The notes under the pieces are model-generated. The model worked only from the letters and a program-made list of their open reading frames with translations, was not told where the DNA came from and searched no databases. Shown here one piece after another: positions 11,298-25,595 of a stretch of DNA of 64,000 nucleotides. The DNA lies in contig OZ024742.1 in the NCBI GenBank assembly GCA_964016885.1, forward strand, positions 15,624,001-15,688,000, written 5' to 3'. Source of the stretch: Eledone cirrhosa (taxonomy: Eukaryota). How positions within the stretch are numbered: position 1 is the stretch's first letter; every line of letters starts with the position of its first letter. Both the position numbers and the translations under genes were made by a program.

Positions 11298-14200
11298 TCA
11301 GAGTAAAGTGTGATTATTAAAGAACCTCAGAGTAAAGTGTGATTATTAAAGAACCACAGAGTAATGTGAGATTATTAAAGAACCACAGAGTAAAGTGTGA
11401 TTATTAAAGAACCTCAGAGCAAAGTGTGATTATTAAAGAACCACTGAGAAATGTGTGATTATTAAAGAACCACAGAGTAAAGTGTGATTATTAAAGAACC
11501 TCAGAGTTAAGTGTGATTATTAAAGAAACTGAGGGTAAAGTGTGATTATTAAAGTACCACAGAGTACAGTGTAATTATTAAAGAACCTCAGTGTCATGTG
11601 TGATTATTAAAGAACCTCAGAGTAAAGTGTGATTATTAAAGAACCACAGAGTAAAGTGTTATTATTAAAGAACCACAGAGTAATGTGAGATTATTAAAGA
11701 ACCACAGAGTAAAGTGTGATTATTAAAGAACTTCAGAGCAAAGTGTGATTATTAAAGAACCTCAGAGTAAAGTGTGATTATTAAAGAACCACAGAGAAAT
11801 GTGTGATTATTAAAGAACCTCAGAGTAAAGTGTGATTATTAAAGAACCTCAGAGTAAAGTGTGATTATTAAAGAACCACAGAGAAATGTGTGATTATTAA
11901 AGAACCACAGAGTAAAGTGTGATTATTAAAGAACCTCAGAGTAAAGTGTGATTATTAAAGAACCACAGAGCAAAGTGTGATTATTAAAGAACATCAGAGA
12001 AACGTGTGATTATTAAAGAACCTCAGGGTAAAGTGTGATTATTAAAGAACCACAGAGTAAAGTGTGATTATTAAAGAACCTCAGAGTAAAGTGTGATTAT
12101 TAAAGAACCTCAGAGTAAAGAGTGATTATTAAAGAACCACTGAGAAATGTGTGATTATTAAAGAACCACAGAGTAAAGTGTGATTATTAAAGAACCACAG
12201 AGTAAAGTGTGATTATTAAAGAACCTCAGAGTAAAGTGTGATTATTAAAGAACCACAGAGTAAAGTGTGATTATTAAAGAACCTCAGAGTAAAGTGTGAT
12301 TATTAAAGAACCTCAGAGTGAAGGGTGATTATTAAAGAACCACAGAGTAAAGTGTGATTATTAAAGAACCTCAGAGTAAAGTGTGATTATTAAAGAACCA
12401 TACAGAAATGTGAGATTATTAAAGAACCACAGAGTAAAGTGTGATTATTAAAGAACCTCAGAGTAAAGTGTGATTATTAAAGAACCTCAGAGGAAAAGTG
12501 TGATTATTAAAGAACCTCAGAGTAAAGTGTGATTATTAAAGAACCCCAGAGTAAAGTGTGATTATTAAGGAACCTCAGAGTAAAGCGTGATTATTAAAGA
12601 ACCAGAGAGTAAAGTGTGATTATTAAAGAACCTCAGAGTAAAGTGTGATTATTAAAGAACCTCAGAGTAAAGTGTGATTATTAAAGAACCACAGAGAAAT
12701 GTGTGATTATTAAAGAACCACAGAGTAAAGTGTGATTATTAAAGAACCTCAGAGTAAAGTGTTGATTATTAAAGAACCTCAGAGTAAAGTGTTGATTATT
12801 AAAGAACCTCAGAGTAAAGTGTGATTATTAAAGAACCTCAGAGTAAAGTGTGATTATTAAAGAACCACAGAGTAAAGTGTGATTATTAAAGAACCTCAGA
12901 GTAAAGTGTGATTATTAAAGAACCACAGAGAAATGTGTGATAATTAAAGAACCACAGAGTAAAGTGTGATAATTAAAGAACCACAGAGAAATGTGTGATT
13001 ATTAAAGAACCACAGAGTAAAGTGTGATTAATAAAGAACCTCAGATTAAAGTGTGATTATTAAAGAACCTCAGAGTAAAGTGTGATTATTAAAGAACCTC
13101 AGAGTAAAGTGTTGATTATTAAAGAACCTCAGCGTAAAGTGTGATTATTAAAGAACCACAGAGTAAAGTGTGATTATTAAAGAACCTCAGAGTAAAGTGT
13201 TGATTATTAAAGAACCTCAGAGTAAAGTGTGATTATTAAAGAACCTCAGAGTAAAGTGTGATTATTAAAGAACCACAGAGTAAAGTGTGATTATTAAAGA
13301 ACCTCAGAGTAAAGTGTGATTATTAAAGAACCACAGAGAAATGTGTGATTATTAAAGAACCACAGAGTAAAGTGTGATTATTAAAGAACCTCAGAGTAAA
13401 GTGTGATTATTAAAGAACCTCAGAGTAAAGTGTGATTATTAAAGAACCAGGGTCATGTGCGATTATTAAAGAACCACAGAGTAAAGTGTGATTATTAAAG
13501 AACCTCAGAGTTAAGTGTGATTATTAAAGAAACTCAGGGTAAAGTGTGATTATTAAAGTACCACAGAGTACAGTGTAATTATTAAAGAACCTCAGTGTCA
13601 TGTGTGATTATTAAAGAACCTCAGAGTAAAGTGTGATTATTAAAGAACCACAGAGTAAAGTGTCATTATTAAAGAACCACAGAGAAATGTGAGATTATTA
13701 AAGAACCACAGAGTAAAGTGTGATTATTAAAGAACTTCAGAGCAAAGTGTGATTATTAAAGAACCTCAGAGTAAAGTGTGATTATTAAAGAACCACAGAG
13801 AAATGTGTGATTATTAAAGAACCTCAGAGTAAAGTGTGATTATTAAAGAACCTCAGAGTAAAGTGTGATTATTAAAGAACCACAGAGAAATGTGTGATTA
13901 TTAAAGAACCACAGAGTAAAGTGTGATTATTAAAGAACCTCAGAGTAAAGTGTGATTATTAAAGAACCACAGAGTAAAGTGTGATTATTAAAGAACCACA
14001 GAGTAAAGTGCGATTATTAAAGAACCTCAGAGTAAAGTGTGATTATTAAAGAACCTCAGAGTAAAGTGTGATTATTAAAGAACCACAGAGAAATGTGTGA
14101 TTATTAACGAACCACAGAGTAAAGTGTGATTATTCAAGAACAACAGAGAAATGTGTGATTATTAAAGAACCTCAGAGTAAAGTGTGATTATTAAAGAACC

Positions 14201-17200
14201 TCAGAGTAAAGTGTGATTATTAAAGAACCTCAGAGAAAAGTGTGATTATTAAAGAATCTCAGAGTAAAGTGTGATTATTAAAGAACCTCAGAGTAAAGTG
14301 TGATTATTAAAGAACCCCAGAGTAAAGTGTGATTATTAAAGAACCTCAGAGTAAAGTGTGATTATTAAAGAACCATACAGAAATGTGAGATTATTAAAGA
14401 ACCTCAGAGTAAAGTGTGATTATTAAAGAACCTCAGAGTAGAGTGTGATTATTAAAGAACCTCAGGGTAAAGTGTGATTATTAAAGAACCACAGAGTAAA
14501 GTGTGATTATTAAAGAACCTCAGAGTAAAGTGTGATTATTAAAGAACCTCAGAGTAAAGAGTGATTATTAAAGAACCACTGAGAAATGTGTGATTATTAA
14601 AGAACCTCAGAGGAAAAGTGTGATTATTAAAGAACCTCAGAGTAAAGTGTGATTATTAAAGAACCCCAGAGTAAAGTGTGATTATTAAGGAACCTCAGAG
14701 TATAGTGTGATTATTAAAGAACCACAGAGTAAAGTGTGATTATTAAAGAACCTCAGAGTAAAGTGTGATTATTAAAGAACCTCAGAGTAAAGTGTGATTA
14801 TTAAAGAACCACAGAGAAATGTGTGATTATTAAAGAACCACAGAGTAAAGTGTGATTATTAAAGAACCCCAGAGTAAAGTGTTGATTATTAAAGAACCTC
14901 AGAGTAAACTGTTGATTATTAAAGAACCTCAGAGTAAAGTGTGATTATTAAAGCACCTCAGAGTAAAGTGTGATTATTAAAGAACCACAGAGTAAAGTGT
15001 GATTATTAAAGAACCTCAGAGTAAAGTGTGATTATTAAAGAACCACAGAGAAATGTGTGATTATTAAAGAACCTCGGAGTAAAGTGTGATGATTAAAGAA
15101 CCACACAGAAATGTGTGATTATTAAAGAGCCACAGAGAAATGTGTGATTATTAAAGAACCACAGAGTAAAGTGTGATTATTAAAGAACCACAGAGAAATG
15201 TGTGATTATTAAAGAACCTCGGAGTAAAGTGTGATTATTAAAGAACCTCAGAGTAAAGTGTGATTATTAAAGAACCACAGAGTAAAGTGTGATTATTAAA
15301 GAACCACAGAGAAATGTGTGATTATTAAAGAACCACTGAGAAATTTGTGATTATTAAAGAACCACAGAGTAAAGTGTGATTATTAAAGAACCTCAGAGTT
15401 AAGTGTGATTATTAAAGAAACTCAGGGTAAAGTGTGATTATTAAAGTACCACAGAGTACAGTGTAATTATTAAAGAACCTAAGTGTCATGTGTGATTATT
15501 AAAGAACCACAGAGTAAAGTGTTATTATTAAAGAACCACAGAGTAATGTCAGATTATTAAAGAACCACAGAGTAAAGTGTGATTATTAAAGAACCTCAGA
15601 GTAAAGTGTGATTATTAAAGAACCTCAGAGTAAAGAGTGATTATTAAAGAACCACTGAGAAATGCGTGATTATTAAAGAACCACAGAGTAAAGTGTGATT
15701 ATTAAAGAACCACAGAGTAATGTGTGATTATTAAAGAACCACAGAGTAAAGTGTGATTATTAAAGAACCTCAGAGTAAAGTGTGATTATTAAAGAACCTC
15801 AGAGTAAAGTGTGATTATTAAAGAACCACAGAGAAATGTGTGATTATTAAAGAACCACAGAGTAAAGTGTGATTATTAAAGAACCTCAGAGTAATGTGTG
15901 ATTATTAAAGAACCTCAGAGTAAAGTGTGATAATTAAAGAACCACACAGAAATGTGTGATTATTAAAGAGCCACAGAGAAATGTGTGATTATTAAAGAAC
16001 CACAGAGTAAAGTGTGATTATTAAAGAACCACAGAGAAATGTGTGATTATTAAAGAACCACAGAGTAAAGTGTGATTATTAAAGAACCTCAGAGTAAAGT
16101 GTGATTATTAAAGAACCTCAGAGTAAAGTGTTGATCATTAAAGAACCTCAGAGTAAAGTGTGATTATTAAAGAACCTCAGAGTAAAGTGTGATTATTAAA
16201 GAACCACAGAGTAAAGTGTGATTATTAAAGAACCACAGAGTAAAGTGTGATTATTAAAGAACATCAGAGTAAAGTGTGATTATTAAAGAACCTCAGAGTA
16301 AAGTGTGATTATTAAAGAACCAGTGTCATGTGCGATTATTAAAGAACCACAGAGTAAAGTGTGATTATTAAAGAACCTCAGAGTAAAGTGTGATTATTAA
16401 AGAACCTCAGAGTAAAGTGTGATTATTAAAGAACCACAGAGAAATGTGAGATTATTAAAGAACCACAGAGTAAAGTGTGATTATTAAAGAACCTCAGAGC
16501 AAAGTGTGATTATTAAAGAACCACTGAGAAATGTGTGATTATTAAAGAACCACAGAGTAAAGTGTGATTATTAAAGAACCTCAGAGTTAAGTGTGATTAT
16601 TAAAGAAACTGAGGGTAAAGTGTGATTATTAAAGTACCACCGAGTACAGTGTAATTATTAAAGAACCTCAGTGTCATGTGTGATTATTAAAGAACCTCAG
16701 AGTAAAGTGTGATTATTAAAGAACCACAGAGTAAAGTGTTATTATTAAAGAACCACAGAGTAATGTGAGATTATTAAAGAACCACAGAGTAAAGTGTGAT
16801 TATTAAAGAACGTCAGAGCAAAGTGTGATTATTAAAGAACATCAGTGAAACGTGTGATTAGTAAAGAACCTCAGGGTAAAGTGTGATTATTAAAGAACCA
16901 CAGAGTAAAGTGTGATTATTAAAGAACCTCAGAGTAAAGTGTGATTATTAAAGAACCTCAGAGTAAAGAGTGATTATTAAAGAACCACTGAGAAATGTGT
17001 GATTATTAAAGAACCACAGAGTAAAGTGTGATTATTAAAGAACCACAGAGTAAAGTGTGATTATTAAAGAACCTCAGAGTAAAGTGTGATTATTAAAGAA
17101 CCACAGAGTAAAGTGTGATTATTAAAGAACCTCAGAGTAAAGTGTGATTATTAAAGAACCTCAGAGTAAAGGGTGATTATTAAAGAACCACAGAGTAAAG

Positions 17201-20200
17201 TGTGATTATTAAAGAACCTCAGAGTAAAGTGTGATTATTAAAGAACCATACAGAAATGTGAGATTATTAAAGAACCACAGAGTAAAGTGTGATTATTAAA
17301 GAACCTCAGAGTAAAGTGTGATTATTAAAGAACCTCAGAGGAAAAGTGTGATTATTAAAGAACCTCAGAGTAAAGTGTGATTATTAAAGAACCCCAGAGT
17401 AAAGTGTGATTATTAAGGAACCTCAGAGTAAATCGTGATTATTAAAGAACCAGAGAGTAAAGTGTGATTATTAAAGAACCTCAGAGTAAAGTGTGATTAT
17501 TAAAGAACCTCAGAGTAAAGTGTGATTATTAAAGAACCACAGAGAAATGTGTGATAATTAAAGAACCACAGAGTAAAGTGTGATAATTAAAGAACCACAG
17601 AGAAATGTGTGATTATTAAAGAACCACAGAGTAAAGTGTGATTAATAAAGAACCTCAGATTAAAGTGTGATTATTAAAGAACCTCAGAGTAAAGTGTGAT
17701 TATTAAAGAACCTCAGAGTAAAGTGTTGATTATTAAAGAACCTCAGCGTAAAGTGTGATTATTAAAGAACCACAGAGTAAAGTGTGATTATTAAAGAACC
17801 TCAGAGTAAAGTGTTGATTATTAAAGAACCTCAGAGTAAAGTGTGATTATTAAAGAACCTCAGAGTAAAGTGTGATTATTAAAGAACCACAGAGTAAAGT
17901 GTGATTATTAAAGAACCTCAGAGTAAAGTGTGATTATTAAAGAACCACAGAGAAATGTGTGATTATTAAAGAACCACAGAGTAAAGTGTGATTATTAAAG
18001 AACCTCAGAGTAAAGTGTGATTATTAAAGAACCTCAGAGTAAAGTGTGATTATTAAAGAACCAGGGTCATGTGCGATTATTAAAGAACCACAGAGTAAAG
18101 TGTGATTATTAAAGAACCTCAGAGTTAAGTGTGATTATTAAAGAAACTCAGGGTAAAGTGTGATTATTAAAGTACCACAGAGTACAGTGTAATTATTAAA
18201 GAACCTCAGTGTCATGTGTGATTATTAAAGAACCTCAGAGTAAAGTGTGATTATTAAAGAACCACAGAGTAAAGTGTCATTATTAAAGAACCACAGAGAA
18301 ATGTGAGATTATTAAAGAACCACAGAGTAAAGTGTGATTATTAAAGAACTTCAGAGCAAAGTGTGATTATTAAAGAACCTCAGAGTACAGTGTAATTATT
18401 AAAGAACCTCAGTGTCATGTGTGATTATTAAAGAACCACAGAGAAATGTGTGATTATTAAAGAACCTCAGAGTAAAGTGTGATTATTAAAGAACCTCAGA
18501 GTAAAGTGTGATTATTAAAGAACCACAGAGAAATGTGTGATTATTAAAGAACCACAGAGTAAAGTGTGATTATTAAAGAACCTCAGAGTAAAGTGTGATT
18601 ATTAAAGAACCACAGAGTAAAGTGTGATTATTAAAGAACCACAGAGTAAAGTGCGATTATTAAAGAACCTCAGAGTAAAGTGTGATTATTAAAGAACCTC
18701 AGAGTAAAGTGTGATTATTAAAGAACCACAGAGAAATGTGTGATTATTAACGAACCACAGAGTAAAGTGTGATTATTCAAGAACAACAGAGAAATGTGTG
18801 ATTATTAAAGAACCACAGAGTAAAGTGTGATTATTAAAGAACCTCAGAGTAAAGTGTGATTATTAAAGAACCTCAGAGAAAAGTGTGATTATTAAAGAAT
18901 CTCAGAGTAAAGTGTGATTATTAAAGAACCTCAGAGTAAAGTGTGATTATTAAAGAACCCCAGAGTAAAGTGTGATTATTAAAGAACCTCAGAGTAAAGT
19001 GTGATTATTAAAGAACCATACAGAAATGTGAGATTATTAAAGAACCTCAGAGTAAAGTGTGATTATTAAAGAACCTCAGAGTAGAGTGTCATTATTAAAG
19101 AACCTCAGGGTAAAGTGTGATTATTAAAGAACCACAGAGTAAAGTGTGATTATTAAAGAACCTCAGAGTAAAGTGTGATTATTAAAGAACCTCAGAGTAA
19201 AGAGTGATTATTAAAGAACCACTGAGAAATGTGTGATTATTAAAGAACCTCAGAGGAAAAGTGTGATTATTAAAGAACCTCAGAGTAAAGTGTGATTATT
19301 AAAGAACCCCAGAGTAAAGTGTGATTATTAAGGAACCTCAGAGTATAGTGTGATTATTAATGAACCACAGAGTAAAGTGTGATTATTAAAGAACCTCAGA
19401 GTAAAGTGTGATTATTAAAGAACCTCAGAGTAAAGTGTGATTATTAAAGAACCACAGACAAATGTGTGATTATTAAAGAACCACAGAGTAAAGTGTGATT
19501 ATTAAAGAACCCCAGAGTAAAGTGTTGATTATTAAAGAACCTCAGAGTAAACTGTTGATTATTAAAGAACCTCAGAGTAAAGTGTGATTATTAAAGAACC
19601 TCAGAGTAAAGTGTGATTATTAAAGAACCTCAGAGTAAAGTGTGATTATTAAAGAACCTCAGAGTAAAGTGTGATTATTAAAGAACCACAGAGAAATGTG
19701 TGATTATTAAAGAACCACAGAGTAAAGTGTGATTATTAAAGAACCTCAGAGTAAAGTGTTGATTATTAAAGAACCTCAGAGTAAAGTGTTGATTATTAAA
19801 GAACCTCAGAGTAAAGTGTGATTATTAAAGAACCTCAGAGTAAAGTGTGATTATTAAAGAACCACAGAGTAAAGTGTGATTATTAAAGAACCTCAGAGTA
19901 AAGTGTGATTATTAAAGAACCACAGAGAAATGTGTGATAATTAAAGAACCACAGAGTAAAGTGTGATAATTAAAGAACCACAGAGAAATGTGTGATTATT
20001 AAAGAACCACAGAGTAAAGTGTGATTAATAAAGAACCTCAGATTAAAGTGTGATTATTAAAGAACCTCAGAGTAAAGTGTGATTATTAAAGAACCTCAGA
20101 GTAAAGTGTTGATTATTAAAGAACCTCAGCGTAAAGTGTGATTATTAAAGAACCTCAGAGTAAAGTGTGATTATTAAAGAAACTCAGGGTAAAGTGTGAT

Positions 20201-20279
20201 TATTAAAGTACCACAGAGTACAGTGTAATTATTAAAGAACCTCAGTGTCATGTGTGATTATTAAAGAACCTCAGAGTAA

Positions 20280-23200
20280 AGTGTGATTATTAAAGAACCA
20301 CAGAGTAAAGTGTCATTATTAAAGAACCACAGAGAAATGTGAGATTATTAAAGAACCACAGAGTAAAGTGTGATTATTAAAGAACTTCAGAGCAAAGTGT
20401 GATTATTAAAGAACCTCAGAGTAAAGTGTGATTATTAAAGAACCACAGAGAAATGTGTGATTATTAAAGAACCTCAGAGTAAAGTGTGATTATTAAAGAA
20501 CCTCAGAGTAAAGTGTGATTATTAAAGAACCACAGAGAAATGTGTGATTATTAAAGAACCACAGAGTAAAGTGTGATTATTAAAGAACCTCAGAGTAAAG
20601 TGTGATTATTAAAGAACCACAGAGTAAAGTGTGATTATTAAAGAACCACAGAGTAAAGTGCGATTATTAAAGAACCTCAGAGTAAAGTGTGATTATTAAA
20701 GAACCTCAGAGTAAAGTGTGATTATTAAAGAACCACAGAGAAATGTGTGATTATTAACGAACCACAGAGTAAAGTGTGATTATTCAAGAACAACAGAGAA
20801 ATGTGTGATTATTAAAGAACCTCAGAGTAAAGTGTGATTATTAAAGAACCTCAGAGTAAAGTGTGATTATTAAAGAACCTCAGAGAAAAGTGTGATTATT
20901 AAAGAATCTCAGAGTAAAGTGTGATTATTAAAGAACCTCAGAGTAAAGTGTGATTATTAAAGAACCTCAGAGTAAAGTGTGATTATTAAAGAACCTCAGA
21001 GTAAAGTGTGATTATTAAAGAACCATACAGAAATGTGAGATCATTAAAGAACCTCAGAGTAAAGTGTGATTATTAAAGAACCTCAGAGTAGAGTGTGATT
21101 ATTAAAGAACCTCAGGGTAAAGTGTGATTATTAAAGAACCACAGAGTAAAGTGTGATTATTAAAGAACCTCAGAGTAAAGTGTGATTATTAAAGAACCTC
21201 AGAGTAAAGAGTGATTATTAAAGAACCACTGAGAAATGTGTGATTATTAAAGAACCTCAGAGGAAAAGTGTGATTATTAAAGAACCTCAGAGTAAAGTGT
21301 GATTATTAAAGAACCCCAGAGTAAAGTGTGATTATTAAGGAACCTCAGAGTATAGTGTGATTATTAAAGAACCACAGAGTAAAGTGTGATTATTAAAGAA
21401 CCTCAGAGTAAAGTGTGATTATTAAAGAACCTCAGAGTAAAGTGTGATTATTAAAGAACCACAGAGAAATGTGTGATTATTAAAGAACCACAGAGTAAAG
21501 TGTGATTATTAAAGAACCCCAGAGTAAAGTGTTGATTATTAAAGAACCTCAGAGTAAACTGTTGATTATTAAAGAACCTCAGAGTAAAGTGTGATTATTA
21601 AAGAACCTCAGAGTAAAGTGTGATTATTAAAGAACCACAGAGTAAAGTGTGATTATTAAAGAACCTCAGAGTAAAGTGTGATTATTAAAGAACCACAGAG
21701 AAATGTGTGATTATTAAAGAACCACAGAGTAAAGTGTGATTATTAAAGAACCTCAGAGTAATGTGTGATTATTAAAGAACCTCAGAGTAAAGTGTGATAA
21801 TTAAAGAACCACACAGAAATGTGTGATTATTAAAGAAACACAGAGAAATGTGTGATTATTAAAGAACCACAGAGTAAAGTGTGATTATTAAAGAACCACA
21901 GAGAAATGTGTGATTATTAAAGAACCTCAGAGTAAAGTGTGATTATTAAAGAACCTCAGAGTAAAGTGTGATTATTAAAGAACCACAGAGTAAAGTGTGA
22001 TTATTAAAGAACCACAGAGAAATGTGTGATTATTAAAGAACCACTGAGAAATGTGTGATTATTAAAGAACCACAGAGTAAAGTGTGATTATTAAAGAACC
22101 CCAGAGTTAAGTGTGATTATTAAAGAAACTCAGGGTAAAGTGTGATTATTAAAGTACCACAGAGTACAGTGTAATTATTAAAGAACCTAAGTGTCATGTG
22201 TGATTATTAAAGAACCACAGAGTAAAGTGTTATTATTAAAGAACCACAGAGTAATGTGAGATTATTAAAGAACCACAGAGTAAAGTGTGATTATTAAAGA
22301 ACCTCAGAGTAAAGTGTGATTATTAAAGAACCTCAGAGTAAAGAGTGATTATTAAAGAACCACTGAGAAATGCGTGATTATTAAAGAACCACAGAGTAAA
22401 GTGTGATTATTAAAGAACCACAGAGTAATGTGTGATTATTAAAGAACCACAGAGTAAAGTGTGATTATTAAAGAACCTCAGAGTAAAGTGTGATTATTAA
22501 AGAACCTCAGAGTAAAGTGTGATTATTAAAGAACCACAGAGAAACGTGTGATTATTAAAGAACCTCAGAGTAAAGTGTGATTATTAAAGAACCTCAGAGT
22601 AAAGTGTGATTATTAAAGAACCACAGAGTAAAGTGTGATTATTAAAGAACCACAGAGTAAAGTGTGATTATTAAAGAACCACAGAGTAAAGTGTGATTAT
22701 TAAAGAACCTCAGTGTCATGTGTGATTTTAAAGAACCTCAGAGTAAAGTGTGATTATTAGAGAACCACAGAGTAAAGTGTTATTATTAAAGAACCACAGA
22801 GAAATGTGACATTATTAAAGACCCACAGAGTAAAGGGTGATTATTAAAGAACCACAGAGTAAAGTGTGATTATTAAAGAACCTCAGAGTAAAGTGTTGAT
22901 TATTAAAGAACCTCAGAGTAAAGTGTCATTATTAAAGAACCACAGAGAAATGTGAGATTATTAAAGAACCACAGAGTAAAGTGTCATTATTAAAGAACCA
23001 CAGAGAAATGTGAGATTATTAAAGAACCACAGAGTAAAGTGTGATTATTAAAGAACTTCAGAGCAAAGTGTGATTATTAAAGAACCTCAGAGTAAAGTGT
23101 GATTATTAAAGAACCACAGAGAAATGTGTGATTATTAAAGAACCTCAGAGTAAAGTGTGATTATTAAAGAACCTCAGAGTAAAGTGTGATTATTAAAGAA

Positions 23201-25595
23201 CCACAGAGAAATGTGTGATTATTAAAGAACCACAGAGTAAAGTGTGATTATTAAAGAACCTCAGAGTAAAGTGTGATTATTAAAGAACCACAGAGTAAAG
23301 TGTGATTATTAAAGAACCACAGAGTAAAGTGCGATTATTAAAGAACCTCAGAGTAAAGTGTGATTATTAAAGAACCTCAGAGTAAAGTGTGATTATTAAA
23401 GAACCACAGAGAAATGTGTGATTATTAACGAACCACAGAGTAAAGTGTGATTATTCAAGAACAACAGAGAAATGTGTGATTATTAAAGAACCTCAGAGTA
23501 AAGTGTGATTATTAAAGAACCTCAGAGTAAAGTGTGATTATTAAAGAACCTCAGAGAAAAGTGTGATTATTAAAGAATCTCAGAGTAAAGTGTGATTATT
23601 AAAGAACCTCAGAGTAAAGTGTGATTATTAAAGAACCTCAGAGTAAAGTGTGATTATTAAAGAACCTCAGAGTAAAGTGTGATTATTAAAGAACCATACA
23701 GAAATGTGAGATTATTAAAGAACCTCAGAGTAAAGTGTGATTATTAAAGAACCTCAGAGTAGAGTGTGATTATTAAAGAACCTCAGGGTAAAGTGTGATT
23801 ATTAAAGAACCACAGAGTAAAGTGTGATTATTAAAGAACCTCAGAGTAAAGTGTGATTATTAAAGAACCTCAGAGTAAAGAGTGATTATTAAAGAACCAC
23901 TGAGAAATGTGTGATTATTAAAGAACCTCAGAGGAAAAGTGTGATTATTAAAGAACCTCAGAGTAAAGTGTGATTATTAAAGAACCCCAGAGTAAAGTGT
24001 GATTATTAAGGAACCTCAGAGTATAGTGTGATTATTAAAGAACCACAGAGTAAAGTGTGATTATTAAAGAACCTCAGAGTAAAGTGTGATTATTAAAGAA
24101 CCTCAGAGTAAAGTGTGATTATTAAAGAACCACAGAGAAATGTGTGATTATTAAAGAACCACAGAGTAAAGTGTGATTATTAAAGAACCCCAGAGTAAAG
24201 TGTTGATTATTAAAGAACCTCAGAGTAACCTGTTGATTATTAAAGAACCTCAGAGTAAAGTGTGATTATTAAAGAACCTCAGAGTAAAGTGTGATTATTA
24301 AAGAACCACAGAGTAAAGTGTGATTATTAAAGAACCTCAGAGTAAAGTGTGATTATTAAAGAACCACAGAGAAATGTGTGATTATTAAAGAACCACAGAG
24401 TAAAGTGTGATTATTAAAGAACCTCAGAGTAATGTGTGATTATTAAAGAACCTCAGAGTAAAGTGTGATAATTAAAGAACCACACAGAAATGTGTGATTA
24501 TTAAAGAAACACAGAGAAATGTGTGATTATTAAAGAACCACAGAGTAAAGTGTGATTATTAAAGAACCACAGAGAAATGTGTGATTATTAAAGAACCTCA
24601 GAGTAAAGTGTGATTATTAAAGAACCTCAGAGTAAAGTGTGATTATTAAAGAACCACAGAGTAAAGTGTGATTATTAAAGAACCACAGAGAAATGTGTGA
24701 TTATTAAAGAACCACTGAGAAATGTGTGATTATTAAAGAACCACAGAGTAAAGTGTGATTATTAAAGAACCCCAGAGTTAAGTGTGATTATTAAAGAAAC
24801 TCAGGGTAAAGTGTGATTATTAAAGTACCACAGAGTACAGTGTAATTATTAAAGAACCTAAGTGTCATGTGTGATTATTAAAGAACCACAGAGTAAAGTG
24901 TTATTATTAAAGAACCACAGAGTAATGTGAGATTATTAAAGATCCACAGAGTAAAGTGTGATTATTAAAGAACCTCAGAGTAAAGTGTGATTATTAAAGA
25001 ACCTCAGAGTAAAGAGTGATTATTAAAGAACCACTGAGAAATGCGTGATTATTAAAGAACCACAGAGTAAAGTGTGATTATTAAAGAACCACAGAGTAAT
25101 GTGTGATTATTAAAGAACCACAGAGTAAAGTGTGATTATTAAAGAACCTCAGAGTAAAGTGTGATTATTAAAGAACCTCAGAGTAAAGTGTGATTATTAA
25201 AGAACCACAGAGAAACGTGTGATTATTAAAGAACCTCAGAGTAAAGTGTGATTATTAAAGAACCTCAGAGTAAAGTGTGATTATTAAAGAACCACAGAGT
25301 AAAGTGTGATTATTAAAGAACCACAGAGTAAAGTGTGATTATTAAAGAACCACAGAGTAAAGTGTGATTATTAAAGAACCTCAGTGTCATGTGTGATTTT
25401 AAAGAACCTCAGAGTAAAGTGTGATTATTAGAGAACCACAGAGTAAAGTGTTATTATTAAAGAACCACAGAGAAATGTGACATTATTAAAGACCCACAGA
25501 GTAAAGGGTGATTATTAAAGAACCACAGAGTAAAGTGTGATTATTAAAGAACCTCAGAGTAAAGTGTTGATTATTAAAGAACCTCAGAGTAAAGT
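20280..25595 (+). repeat. Tandem duplication with 2,671-bp period
   Basis: ttattaacga 20751/23422; taaagaaaca 21831/24502; tgattattag 22751/25422. Boundaries are approximate. Confidence 0.9.
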
